DNA of 37,835 nucleotides from a virus (lineage: Duplodnaviria; Caudoviricetes): positions 1 to 37,835 of IMG/VR virus record IMGVR_UViG_3300020045_002070; one strand, written 5' to 3'. Position numbers and translations under genes: made by a program. A model generated the notes under the pieces. The model had not been told where the DNA came from and did not search any database. It worked only from the letters and a program-made list of their open reading frames with translations. Below are positions 16,798 to 26,725 of the stretch, one piece after another (position 1 is the stretch's first letter; every line of letters starts with the position of its first letter).

Positions 16798-19700
16798 CTA
16801 TTGTTGCTTAAGCGTCTTTAACTGCTCTTCGACAATCTTCATTTGCAGGGCCCGTAAGTCCTGCATTTGATTGTCTGCTTCTTCCTCCGTGATTTCCTTC
16901 CTCTTTACTTTCCGCAATATAACAGACTTCTGCCCACTAACTGCTTTCTGAATCTGCCGCAAATGGATGCTAGCAAACTGGTCAACCTTCTCTTGGTTAG
17001 CAGGTGTTAACTTAATGCCCATTAAAGCAGACACTACTGCACCACCTAAGTCTTTCTTCCTACCTGCATAATCTTCTTCTTCCTGGCCAAGGATACTGTT
17101 CTTAAAGCCTGTCATAAGTTTGTCAAATCCGTATCCACCTGGTGCTAGAGATGGCCCAATCTGCTTCCACGCAAATTCAAGGTACTTGCCTGCTACTTGT
17201 GCAGAGCTGTCAAGAACTTTATCAGTTATCTCTTTGCCTGTAAAAGCTTCTTTGTTAGACATGATAGCAGCAGAGATAGTAAAGAGCGGATGACTAGGCA
17301 GCCAGTCACCTAATCCTATTCTAGACTGCCCCCAAGTATCACCAACGCCACTCCAAGGCATGAAGGCTTCTGCATCGAAGTATAGCTTGTCTCCCTGGTC
17401 ATTCTTAAAAGGTAGTAATACTTGGCCTATCCCTTTCTCCATAAGTACTTGATCCTTGTCTACTGCAACCTCTTCATCAGATACCCCAAGCTTGCTTTGG
17501 GCTAGTGCTGTTAAAGCATACATAGAACCAAATACAGCACCGACTTTCCAGGGCTTTACAATCGCAGTCTCGGCCAGGAGAGGGATGGCTTTGTAAGTAT
17601 ACGTTGCGAACGGAGCAGCCCATCTTTTATAGTGCCTAACTACTGGGGGTATATCTTGGTAGTTAAACAGGTACTTCTCAGCGTGTTTGGCAGCTTCGTC
17701 TATTGTAGCACCACCCTCGCGCTGCTTTATGAAAACAGCTGTCTTGAAAAATCGTTCACTCTGGTCATACATTGTCGAAGGTATAGATGCCACTTTGCGG
17801 ATCCACGTAGCTAACTCACTCGCTCCTCTTAACTGGTCAAGTTCATCACGCACAGCAGATATATCTGATTCAATGAAAGTGTTGTTGTATAACCCCCATC
17901 CTTCTGCCTCTTTAAAGAACTTGTCTTCTCTGCCATTTTTAATTGCACTGGCTGCTTTAGTATACACACCCACATCTGAAGGATCTACACCACCAAAATA
18001 AGCAAGTACTGCATTTGATACAGCATTACGGGCATGTGTTGCAGGATTAAGTATTGCCTTACCATATTTCCAGTATCCTAAATATTTATCCATGTTGCGC
18101 TCGAAACCATTACGGGTATCGATTACGCTCTGCAGATCACCGAGTACGTCATTACGAATACGACGGCCATTGAGTACACCCCACTCGTCCCCGTATAACT
18201 TAGTAAAGTTTGCAGGTGTAGGGCCCGCGCCTGTTCCTTTCTTTGGCCATACCCATTCAGGGTTCGACTCTACATCTTTAAGCAGTTGTGCTTTCAGAAC
18301 GTCTAGCCCTTGAACAGCCGAACCTTTAGCCACACGGTAAGCAGGTCCAATAGTATTGTTAAACGCTTGAGTTACAGAAGCAGGGAGATCTTGCCGCATA
18401 TTAGAGTACCCCTGGTCAAGTGTAATAACTCCTGCAGTTGTCTTAGCCTTGGTTCCTTTCTTCAGCAGGATCTCAAGCTGTGCTATTTGGTCTTCTAGTA
18501 AAGGGTCTCCTTCTGGATTACCAAATCTAGATTTCTTACGCATTGCTTTTATCTCGTCAACAAGGATGCTTTTATCTGCTTTAGTGAGACCTTCAACCTG
18601 CGGGTTAAATATAGGCAGGTACTCTTTAGCAGAGCCTGTATGGTAATAGTTGTTAAGCATTGACTGTGCTGTCTGCACTTCCGCAACTGGTGTGTTAGGG
18701 TCTTTAATAATGGTCCGCAGTTCTGTACGTTGCTTACGAGTGAGTTTATCAAAGCGTGAATACATACTAAGGTTCAACGCACGGGTCGCTTCTTTCAAGT
18801 CCTTAAACATAACATGAACTTGGTTGGCCTTCTTGGCCAGGGTGGGGTTTGTAGTTATGCCACCCTCTAGTACTTTCGCTAAGCGTTTCTGGCTAAGAGA
18901 GTTAGGCGCAATTGTGTTCAACTCCTGGCCAAGAGAAACAGCTTTACGTAGCACTAACTCAGACTGACGTTTGAACTCTTTAGTCATTGCTACGACTTCT
19001 TCTGAGCGGCCCATACCAAACTGGTACCGCACAGATTCATTTGTTATAGCCCCATTAACTATATCTTTCAAAGGCTCTACTATCTTGTTCTTAGCAAAGC
19101 TTGACCAGTGTGAAGCAAGCTTAGGAGCAGTCGTTATTCCCATGCCTACAGATGCACCTATAAGCATTCCCTTTAACATCTTGTCTGGGTCTATATTGAC
19201 AGTGCCAGTTTCTTCAAACTCCTCCCAATCAACTCCAGCGTACACACCACCTGTTACTGCTGTGGTTGCAGAGACACCTGAGTGCGCCATGAACTTAGCA
19301 GTGAGCAACGAGTTTTCAAAGACTGGCATTGACTGAGCACGAAGTTTTTCAGTCATCTTCATACGTTCTAAGTTACCTGTAAAATTTGCTTCTCGCTCGC
19401 CAAGTATATTTACATAGACATCATAAGCTTTACTTTTATGAAACTCAGTAGCAATGTCGCGTACTTCGCTAAGACGGTCTGCTTCTAACCGTAAAGTTTC
19501 TACATGATTAGACAGCTTATTAAACTCCTCTGACCCCGGAGTGTGCGTTAGAAGCTTATCAGCGGCGCTATTATACTCGTCATCAATTGATGAGATCTTT
19601 GCTTCTATCTCATCAATTTTATCCCCTTGAGCTTTCATACCGAAGCGCTCACGAAGTCTCTCATTCTTCTTAAGTTCTTTGCGTAAAGCAGGGGCTTCTT

Positions 19701-21225
19701 CTTTTGACGCTGTTTTCAGTAAGTCTTTTAAATATCTGGAGCGCATACGTTGATCATAGTCTAAATCTAGAACAAGACTTGGTGAGCCCCCACCAGCATG
19801 ACCTTCAATAAATTGAACAACATGCTGTACTTCATGCAGTAGTGTCTCATTTGTTTTAAGTCTTCTTTTATTGATACCTATCATACCTATATCTGTAAGG
19901 GGGTCATCCCCTTTAGCAAAGCCCCCTAGCACGCCTGCTGACGTTAGATCAAACATCTTTACATCTTTAAGCTGTGGGTAGTGCTCGTATAGTTTAGGGT
20001 GATCAAGCACCTCTCCTAAAGTTTTATCTGTCAAATCTTTAGGCATATTGATTACAGCTTTAGAGTCATCAATCTCATGACGCCACCGGCCGTCCTCTGC
20101 TTGCCATAGACCTGTCTTACGAAAGATCAGTTTAGGGTCTACTTCTTGTTCAGCTAACACACGAGCAGCTTCTCTGCGGACCTTGATATCATGTTTGACA
20201 CCTCCTTTAATGCCAGGCATGCGTGTGCCACCAATCATCTTACTTGCTTGCTGTGCTGCAAAGCCACCAGCAATAGCACCACCTAACATCAGGCCAGGAT
20301 GAATAGTAATATTACCTTCTTCATCCTGGCCGATACCTGCACCTGCTCCTAAGACAGAGCCATGTAAGTGCTCACCTGCTTTAGGTATCTCAGTTTTAAA
20401 AGCATCTGGTGCAATTGCATCTTCGGTCTTGATCTCAGGGACTTCAGCACTAACACCTTTAGCCTGCTTGGCTTTTGTTATAGCAGCTACTGCCTCTTTC
20501 ATATTAGCAGGTTTTGTAGGCTGCTTGATAAGATCACTGATTACTTCTTCTGCTCCTGTGTCATCTACCTTAATCTCTTTAAGGTATTTGAAGACAGCTT
20601 CAGGTGTTATCTGTTCCCCCTTGGCCAGGAGAGCCCGCTTAACAGAGGAACTTAATGAACGGATACCCGCCTCTGCAAGTGTGCCTGTGACTATACCAGT
20701 TGCTAAGTTGACAGGCAGCTTAACTAAGTCAGGCACACCTGCCTCAGTCATGCTGTCATCGACTGCTTCCATGGTCTGCCCTACTATGGGCTCTGCTGCT
20801 AGTGAAGTAGCTACTGCAGTAGCTGTCTTCTTCAGTCCCCAAGAAGCCATTCCTGCACTAATTGCTTTACCTGTTACTTTGCCTATCAAAGCTCTTGCAC
20901 CATAACCTAGTGGCATCATTGCAGCTTCAGGTGACACCCAAGGTTCTTCCATACCCTCAGAGTCACCTGCTTTTATCTTAGCCTCCATGCTAGCGCCATA
21001 AGCCATCTTATCTTTCTCAGATAGCTTATCAAACTTTTGCTGCCACTGCTCATTTGACATCTTGTCGTCAAGTGTATTAGTTAAGCCTACTGATTTAGTG
21101 AACTCACCAATAGACATCTTGTCAGAGTAGTATTTTTTATAGAGACTTGTAGCCAGTTTATCATCTGGCCAGGAAGTCTTATCCGCGTACGCCGGATTTT
21201 GCTGTCTAAAGTCATCTAGTTTCAT
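16798..21225 (-). CDS. large polyvalent DNA-ejection protein (LPD23-like + zincin-like HExxH + LPD38-like C-terminus)
   Basis: TGLWQAEDGRWRHEIDDS, LDHPKLYEHYPQL, LLHEVQH, GEREA; C-terminal NPATHARNAVSN..APFATYTYK; last gene of the virion operon. Confidence 0.75.
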   Translation of the reverse strand: MKLDDFRQQNPAYADKTSWPDDKLATSLYKKYYSDKMSIGEFTKSVGLTNTLDDKMSNEQWQQKFDKLSEKDKMAYGASMEAKIKAGDSEGMEEPWVSPEAAMMPLGYGARALIGKVTGKAISAGMASWGLKKTATAVATSLAAEPIVGQTMEAVDDSMTEAGVPDLVKLPVNLATGIVTGTLAEAGIRSLSSSVKRALLAKGEQITPEAVFKYLKEIKVDDTGAEEVISDLIKQPTKPANMKEAVAAITKAKQAKGVSAEVPEIKTEDAIAPDAFKTEIPKAGEHLHGSVLGAGAGIGQDEEGNITIHPGLMLGGAIAGGFAAQQASKMIGGTRMPGIKGGVKHDIKVRREAARVLAEQEVDPKLIFRKTGLWQAEDGRWRHEIDDSKAVINMPKDLTDKTLGEVLDHPKLYEHYPQLKDVKMFDLTSAGVLGGFAKGDDPLTDIGMIGINKRRLKTNETLLHEVQHVVQFIEGHAGGGSPSLVLDLDYDQRMRSRYLKDLLKTASKEEAPALRKELKKNERLRERFGMKAQGDKIDEIEAKISSIDDEYNSAADKLLTHTPGSEEFNKLSNHVETLRLEADRLSEVRDIATEFHKSKAYDVYVNILGEREANFTGNLERMKMTEKLRAQSMPVFENSLLTAKFMAHSGVSATTAVTGGVYAGVDWEEFEETGTVNIDPDKMLKGMLIGASVGMGITTAPKLASHWSSFAKNKIVEPLKDIVNGAITNESVRYQFGMGRSEEVVAMTKEFKRQSELVLRKAVSLGQELNTIAPNSLSQKRLAKVLEGGITTNPTLAKKANQVHVMFKDLKEATRALNLSMYSRFDKLTRKQRTELRTIIKDPNTPVAEVQTAQSMLNNYYHTGSAKEYLPIFNPQVEGLTKADKSILVDEIKAMRKKSRFGNPEGDPLLEDQIAQLEILLKKGTKAKTTAGVITLDQGYSNMRQDLPASVTQAFNNTIGPAYRVAKGSAVQGLDVLKAQLLKDVESNPEWVWPKKGTGAGPTPANFTKLYGDEWGVLNGRRIRNDVLGDLQSVIDTRNGFERNMDKYLGYWKYGKAILNPATHARNAVSNAVLAYFGGVDPSDVGVYTKAASAIKNGREDKFFKEAEGWGLYNNTFIESDISAVRDELDQLRGASELATWIRKVASIPSTMYDQSERFFKTAVFIKQREGGATIDEAAKHAEKYLFNYQDIPPVVRHYKRWAAPFATYTYKAIPLLAETAIVKPWKVGAVFGSMYALTALAQSKLGVSDEEVAVDKDQVLMEKGIGQVLLPFKNDQGDKLYFDAEAFMPWSGVGDTWGQSRIGLGDWLPSHPLFTISAAIMSNKEAFTGKEITDKVLDSSAQVAGKYLEFAWKQIGPSLAPGGYGFDKLMTGFKNSILGQEEEDYAGRKKDLGGAVVSALMGIKLTPANQEKVDQFASIHLRQIQKAVSGQKSVILRKVKRKEITEEEADNQMQDLRALQMKIVEEQLKTLKQQ

Positions 21226-21226
21226 G

Positions 21227-22162
21227 TTATAATCCTAGTGGGTTATCAGGGTCTGCATCTCTCAGAATGGTTTCAATGGCTTTGTCATTCCATCCTTTTC
21301 TCTTCAACTCAGCTTTTATCTCAGCATTGATAGCACCAGCATCCTTAGCGTTATCAACAGCCTTCTTCGCGTCATTCTTTGAAGTCAGTAGAGAATCTGC
21401 TGGGATCTTCTTAACTTCATCTGCAGCACTTGTAGCAGCGTCGTATCGGTTGATCTCTTTGTTAAGCACCTTGATAACATCTGTACCTGGTTTACCTGCC
21501 ATACCTAGATCGGTTTCAGCGAGCACAGTGTCGTACTTCCTCTGGCTTGCTTTGTCTGGCCAGCCTGTTTGGTCAGTATAACCTAGAGAAGACTTGAGAG
21601 TTTGACTGGCATACTTCTGCCAGTCTGCAACTTTGCTACTCAGCTCATCTGCTCCACCTGCTCCACCAGCTCCACCTGCTGCTTCTGGTTTATCAAAGGA
21701 CTGCAGACCTGCTTGATCCTCAGTACGCACCGTGTAGTTAGCACCTTGTGGTCGGATGTTTATAAGGGCCTTCTTGTCTTTAGCACTTATCTTTTTAAAG
21801 GCAACAACCATATCAACCATGCCTTTCATTTCAGGCATTGACATTTCATTCTTTTCAGCGAAAGCTTTTAAGCCCTGCGGAGTGTAGTCACCTTTAGCCA
21901 TAAACTCATTACCCAGTTTGCGCATACGTGCAGCAAGGGCTTCCTCTTTACTTTCCTTCTTGGCCAGTTGAGAATCCTCACGTGCATAACCTTCTCTACG
22001 TGCAGAGTCATCATGGGCGTAGCCCTCTTGGCGTATCGCGGCCTGCTGTGCTGCCTGCTGTGCAGCCATAGCGATATTCTCTTCCTGCTCTTTCCTGGCT
22101 CTATCTTCTGCCAGATACTGTGGCAGATTCTGCACTGTTGCAGCTGACATAAACTGTACCAT
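21227..22162 (-). CDS. putative internal virion/ejection protein
   Basis: Helical Ala/Gln/Lys-rich; podovirus gene order. Confidence 0.55.
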   Translation of the reverse strand: MVQFMSAATVQNLPQYLAEDRARKEQEENIAMAAQQAAQQAAIRQEGYAHDDSARREGYAREDSQLAKKESKEEALAARMRKLGNEFMAKGDYTPQGLKAFAEKNEMSMPEMKGMVDMVVAFKKISAKDKKALINIRPQGANYTVRTEDQAGLQSFDKPEAAGGAGGAGGADELSSKVADWQKYASQTLKSSLGYTDQTGWPDKASQRKYDTVLAETDLGMAGKPGTDVIKVLNKEINRYDAATSAADEVKKIPADSLLTSKNDAKKAVDNAKDAGAINAEIKAELKRKGWNDKAIETILRDADPDNPLGL

Positions 22163-22171
22163 ATTTTCTCC

Positions 22172-23302
22172 TTAGGCGAAAAGAGTGCCTATGCCTTTAA
22201 TGTAATCAAGGATGCCTGGTTGCATAGCATCTATCTTAGCGTCCGCTTCATTGCCAGACTGTGTAAGAGTATCACGAGCTATGTCTATAGACTCTCCTGT
22301 AGTAGCTAAGCTTTTTAACTGGTCGAGATACGCTAGACCTGCTGACTGTGGTGAGGTAGCTAAGCTATTCTTAAGAGTGTCGTCTGCAGCAGATGCTTGA
22401 GCGCCATACAGATTTGCGGCATTGGACACACCTGCCTGGCCGAGCTCAGCCATTTGACTTGCTTGATCTCTCTGAGCCTTTGGAACAAATGCAATCTGCT
22501 GTCCGGCCAGGGTAAAATTAACTGGCGAGAATAGTCCTGTGCCTTCTCGTGACTGGTCTATAAGATCATCGAGCAGGCCACCTTGCTTTTCTACTTCAGC
22601 TGTGTAGTCATTTAGAGGCTGACCTCTGTTAACCTGCCAATCTGTGTACTGCTGTTTTATGAAGTCTGCTTGGCCTTGTAGCATGTCTTTAGCTGACTGC
22701 ATTCCTTCAGGAGTACCAAAGAACTGAGATACATAATCATCCCATGTTCCAACAGTAGGCGCCGCAGGAGTAGCTGTTAACGCAGCGGCAGGGTCCGCTA
22801 CTATCTTGTCAAGTGATGCTATTAATTCAGTATTGTTTGAGCCACCACTATCTCCGCCACGCAAGCCATCTGATGCTGCTGCAGCTCCTGCAGCTGCAGC
22901 ATCTGCTTCACTCATACCTCGGTCTAAAGCATCTGCTATTGCGTTAGCCACTTTAGTGCCAAGCGTTTCACCAGTAGCAAGCTTAGAACCTAGGTTGGCA
23001 ATACCTGTTATAGCATTCGAGAAAGACAACCCATCCACCGCTTTGGCAATTACACCATAAGCTAGGTCTGCTATATTAGAGGGTAAATTTGTAGTGAAGG
23101 TTTTAACTGCTTCTGATATAGCTTCTCCTAAACCTTCGCCTCCTGCAGGAGCAGACCCACCAGGGCCATACCCACTTTCTTCAGAGCCTTCTCTAGCATC
23201 TGGAGACATACCACCACTTGTATCTCCCCCACCACCAGACCCATTGCTTCCGCTATCTGGATCGCCATTGCTATTATTTGAATGCCCACCATCACTTGGC
23301 AT
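22172..23302 (-). CDS. putative ejection/pilot protein
   Basis: Gly/Ser-rich N-terminus, Ala/Gln-rich helices, amphipathic C-terminus; position. Confidence 0.55.
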   Translation of the reverse strand: MPSDGGHSNNSNGDPDSGSNGSGGGGDTSGGMSPDAREGSEESGYGPGGSAPAGGEGLGEAISEAVKTFTTNLPSNIADLAYGVIAKAVDGLSFSNAITGIANLGSKLATGETLGTKVANAIADALDRGMSEADAAAAGAAAASDGLRGGDSGGSNNTELIASLDKIVADPAAALTATPAAPTVGTWDDYVSQFFGTPEGMQSAKDMLQGQADFIKQQYTDWQVNRGQPLNDYTAEVEKQGGLLDDLIDQSREGTGLFSPVNFTLAGQQIAFVPKAQRDQASQMAELGQAGVSNAANLYGAQASAADDTLKNSLATSPQSAGLAYLDQLKSLATTGESIDIARDTLTQSGNEADAKIDAMQPGILDYIKGIGTLFA

Positions 23303-23310
23303 AATACCTC

Positions 23311-24534
23311 CTACATCATTCCTAAAAGAAGTTGACTGTATAAATTATAAGGGGCCAGGGGGTCTGTTGAAGTACCTGAAGACAGGCCAGAAGATGACCC
23401 TGTTGATGTACTTGTTGAGTCACCAAAAGAGGACCCTGTTGACGTACTTGTTGAATCACCAAAGGACGAACCAGACGAATTACTTATTGCGCTACTAAAT
23501 GAAGATCCATCAGATACACTGGTCGACCTATTTCCAAGATTAGCGACATCTGCAAGGATACCGGGTATCTGGATTTTCATAGCATCTGCATTACTCATGA
23601 TACCCAAGTCAGTAGCAGACTGTGCTTTAGCTGCATCTACTGCTGCAGTAGATATCGTGTCACTTGCTACTGTACTACTTGTTAATCCGCGTTTTGCAAG
23701 GTCAGCTAGCACACTAGTAAGATGACCGTCAAGTAAGTTCTTTGATGCACTTCTGCTAGCTGCTAAATTTTTATCTGTCCACTGATCAACCTGGCCAGGG
23801 AGATTCTTAATAGAGTCTTGCAGAGTAGGAAGTAAGCCCTGCAGAAGAGGGTCTGTGAACCAACTTGCAATACCTGAGTCACTTTCAGAGTGCTCTGTAG
23901 AACCAGATGTGCTTGCACTATTCGAGGCATTCACTGAGCCTGACGTGCTCACACTATCAGAGGCGTTCACTGAGCCAGACGTGCTAACACTATTAGAAGC
24001 ATTTTCTGCAACGGTGGCAGATGAGCTATCTGTCGTCGGGTACAAGGTCGGTTGGAATAAGTCTAAGTACCCTGGGTCTGCAGTCGTCGGTGTAGTCGTC
24101 GGTGTAGTCGTCGGTACTGGATCAGCAGCAGGCCCTACTGGTGTAGTTGTGCCAGTAGCAACATCATTGTTCTTAATCGCAGTAGCTGCATTCTGTAAAG
24201 CAGTGTCTAAGTTATTTAGTGTTACTCCAGAAGCTGGATCATTAACTTGCTTAACCCAGTATTCTAGTCCTGCCTGATCTGGAGCGTACCCAAAGAGGCG
24301 CTGGTAGGCTGCCTTAACATCTTCAGTAGGCCCCGTGGCTGTGGTCGTACCTGTAGCAACATCATTGTTCTTAATCTCAGTAGCGGCTGTCTGCAAAGTT
24401 GTGTCAAAGTTGGCCAGTGTGATACCTGAATTAGGGTCGTTAAGTTGACCTACCCAGTAAGATAGACCTTCTCTATCTGGTGCGTACCCAAAGATGCGCT
24501 GGTAGGCTGCTATTACATCTTGTTCTGTTGCCAT
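23311..24534 (-). CDS. virion protein with two N-terminal DUF4214-like repeats and Ser/Thr-rich repeats
   Basis: AAYQR(I/L)FGYAPD..GL.YWV.Q.N twice (198-bp duplication); 36-bp Ser/Thr tandem repeats. Confidence 0.7.
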   Translation of the reverse strand: MATEQDVIAAYQRIFGYAPDREGLSYWVGQLNDPNSGITLANFDTTLQTAATEIKNNDVATGTTTATGPTEDVKAAYQRLFGYAPDQAGLEYWVKQVNDPASGVTLNNLDTALQNAATAIKNNDVATGTTTPVGPAADPVPTTTPTTTPTTADPGYLDLFQPTLYPTTDSSSATVAENASNSVSTSGSVNASDSVSTSGSVNASNSASTSGSTEHSESDSGIASWFTDPLLQGLLPTLQDSIKNLPGQVDQWTDKNLAASRSASKNLLDGHLTSVLADLAKRGLTSSTVASDTISTAAVDAAKAQSATDLGIMSNADAMKIQIPGILADVANLGNRSTSVSDGSSFSSAISNSSGSSFGDSTSTSTGSSFGDSTSTSTGSSSGLSSGTSTDPLAPYNLYSQLLLGMM

Positions 24535-24544
24535 ATTATATCCT

Positions 24545-24910
24545 TTAGAAGTTAGACCCTCTACCTAAGTAAGCACCTATGCGTACAATAGTGTACACGC
24601 CTGTCTTCGTTAGTTTGTTACTTGATGCGCCTACTTCTTCCCGTAGTCTTTGGTCAGCCCATTTGCGTTCTGCTGCATTTCGCGCTTTACCGCACCTATA
24701 ATCATGCTTACAGGATTCAGCAGGGTACTCGTGCCTAGGGAAGAAGGGTAGCAAAAACCAAGGAGTTGAGTTGCCATCCCAGATAAAGTTAACTGGGATA
24801 ACCTCAGTTGTGCCGTCAGGCATGAGACATTCTAAGGGACTTATAAGTCGTCTTAACTTACGGTCCCCTAGAACATTGCTCATGAATATTTCCTGGCCAG
24901 GATGATCCAC
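24545..24910 (-). CDS. DUF1353 family protein
   Basis: IPVNFIWDGNSTPW..SCKHDY..R.WADQ..VRIG. Confidence 0.8.
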   Translation of the reverse strand: MDHPGQEIFMSNVLGDRKLRRLISPLECLMPDGTTEVIPVNFIWDGNSTPWFLLPFFPRHEYPAESCKHDYRCGKARNAAERKWADQRLREEVGASSNKLTKTGVYTIVRIGAYLGRGSNF

Positions 24911-25342
24911 TTACTTCAGGACTCCTGTCATTATTTCAGCTTTGCGATCAGCTGTTATAAGTCCTTTGCCCTCAAGATAATCCATAAGAGCAACATTGGA
25001 TTCGAGGTTAAGATTGATCTCTTTCAACCTGACATCATCCAGGATTGAGAAAAGATCATTCAGGATCAAGTCATTGGCTCGTTCAGCAATGATTGCCATG
25101 CGCTCCATGGGTGTGAACAGGAGCTTAAACTCAACGGGTGATATGATAGGGATCAATGGCCTTTGAATGATTGGCTCAGGGATAACAGGAGCTTCCCATT
25201 TGCCATCTTTGAGCATCCAATGGTCTTCAACCTCGTCTGGAACTTCCACAAACTCAGCCACAACGTTGGGTGTAAAGCAGTTTTCTGGGTGCTCTGAGCG
25301 GACATCCACTGCGATGTCGTTTATTATCCTTGTGTATTTCAT
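24911..25342 (-). CDS. putative tail-fibre-associated/chaperone protein
   Basis: VEVPDEV...W...DGKWEAP; ISPVEFKLLFT..ER; follows the Gly-rich fibre gene. Confidence 0.5.
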   Translation of the reverse strand: MKYTRIINDIAVDVRSEHPENCFTPNVVAEFVEVPDEVEDHWMLKDGKWEAPVIPEPIIQRPLIPIISPVEFKLLFTPMERMAIIAERANDLILNDLFSILDDVRLKEINLNLESNVALMDYLEGKGLITADRKAEIMTGVLK

Positions 25343-26319
25343 TAGTATCCCTCCGTCCAGTAGAGAAGTGCAAAACCTATACCACCCACACCAGCAGTAG
25401 GACCACCACCTCCGCCACCGCCAAGACCTCCTGAACCACCCATAGATGCTCCACCCCCTCCACCTCCTCCTAATCCACCAGCACCCCCATAGCTACCACC
25501 ACCACCTCCGCCGCCACCAAGACCTCCTGAACCACCAGTACCACCCCCACCGCCACCTCCACCAGGCCCACCAGATGAACCTACGGATGCATAATAACCA
25601 CCACCACCATCCAACCTCTTGGATGGGATATCAAGGATACTCCCTGTACCACCTGCTGATGTAGCTGGAATATCTGTCCCCGCTGAGACTGCACCAAAAG
25701 GTCCACCACCCATAGTGGCAGAGTTTGAAGACGTAGATCCTCCACCACCACTTGAAGATCCAATACTGTTTTTTAGTCCACCACCACCGGATTGGGTTGC
25801 TGTCGCCGAAGATCCTCCCCAGCCCCCTCCGCCGGCAATATTAGTAGCCCCTGAGTTTCCACCATTCCCCCATGGAGATCCACTACCACCACCACCTGTA
25901 TTGGTAGAAGCCCCAGATGCCCCACCAGAAGCGGTAAACGTTTTACGCAAACCAGCAATAGCCGTGCCTGTTCCACCTGCTGCACTTGCAGTTGATGTTG
26001 ATGTGGTTCCACCCGTGGCAGTGAGTATGTTACCAAACGATGATGTCCCTGCTACTCCCCCAATTGTAATCGTTGGCAGTAACTGACCCGGAACAACGTC
26101 AATTATGGCTTGAGCAAAACCTCCTCCACCACCACCAGAGCCAGTGTCCTTACCATTGCCGCCACCCCCAAAAACCATAGCAAGCATCTGAAAAACATTC
26201 TGGGGAACCACCTCTCCAGAAGTTGTGGTGGTGATCATTTTGTAGTTGAGCCATTCAGGGGGTTCTATTCTTACTGCCTTGTTTGGGCCAGTCGGGAAAC
26301 CTAAGTTAGATCCGTTCAT
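25342..26319 (-). CDS. glycine-rich tail fibre/receptor-binding protein
   Basis: VFGGGG.G..GGGGGGF..ITIG..GTSSFG glycine-rich domain; GGxGGLGGGGGGG repeats. Confidence 0.7.
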   Translation of the reverse strand: MNGSNLGFPTGPNKAVRIEPPEWLNYKMITTTTSGEVVPQNVFQMLAMVFGGGGNGKDTGSGGGGGGFAQAIIDVVPGQLLPTITIGGVAGTSSFGNILTATGGTTSTSTASAAGGTGTAIAGLRKTFTASGGASGASTNTGGGGSGSPWGNGGNSGATNIAGGGGWGGSSATATQSGGGGLKNSIGSSSGGGGSTSSNSATMGGGPFGAVSAGTDIPATSAGGTGSILDIPSKRLDGGGGYYASVGSSGGPGGGGGGGGTGGSGGLGGGGGGGGSYGGAGGLGGGGGGGASMGGSGGLGGGGGGGPTAGVGGIGFALLYWTEGY

Positions 26320-26714
26320 TAAAAGTCACCCCCTATGGCGATGATGTTAAATGACTCTCCCTTTTCTGTTGAGGCTCTCAACGAGTAACCAGATGGTAGG
26401 ATCAAGGGCAAGGTTGTTTCAATCTCCTGAGAAAGCACAGCAGAGAATGACGGAACGGTTGCAGCAGGCGTTACGGCAACTACCGGGATCTCTTTAAATA
26501 GGAAATAAGCTGTGCCATTGTAAAGGAACAATCTTATATTCCCTGCTGTGGTTGTTGCTTGAGCGCAAATGATAATCTTTTCAATCCGTGAACCATTTGC
26601 TCCAGCTGTAAAAACAGTTCCTACCGTGCCTGTACCCGTTCGTGCTGTGTTTGCTGTATTGATTGTTACTACACCCATCTTTGGAGTACTAACAAATTGT
26701 GGTGATTCAGACAT
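26319..26714 (-). CDS. putative tail structural protein (beta-rich)
   Basis: TVFTAGANGSRIEKI..LILPSGYSLRA; coupled to the fibre gene. Confidence 0.55.
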   Translation of the reverse strand: MSESPQFVSTPKMGVVTINTANTARTGTGTVGTVFTAGANGSRIEKIIICAQATTTAGNIRLFLYNGTAYFLFKEIPVVAVTPAATVPSFSAVLSQEIETTLPLILPSGYSLRASTEKGESFNIIAIGGDF

Positions 26715-26725
26715 ATTTAAGTCCT

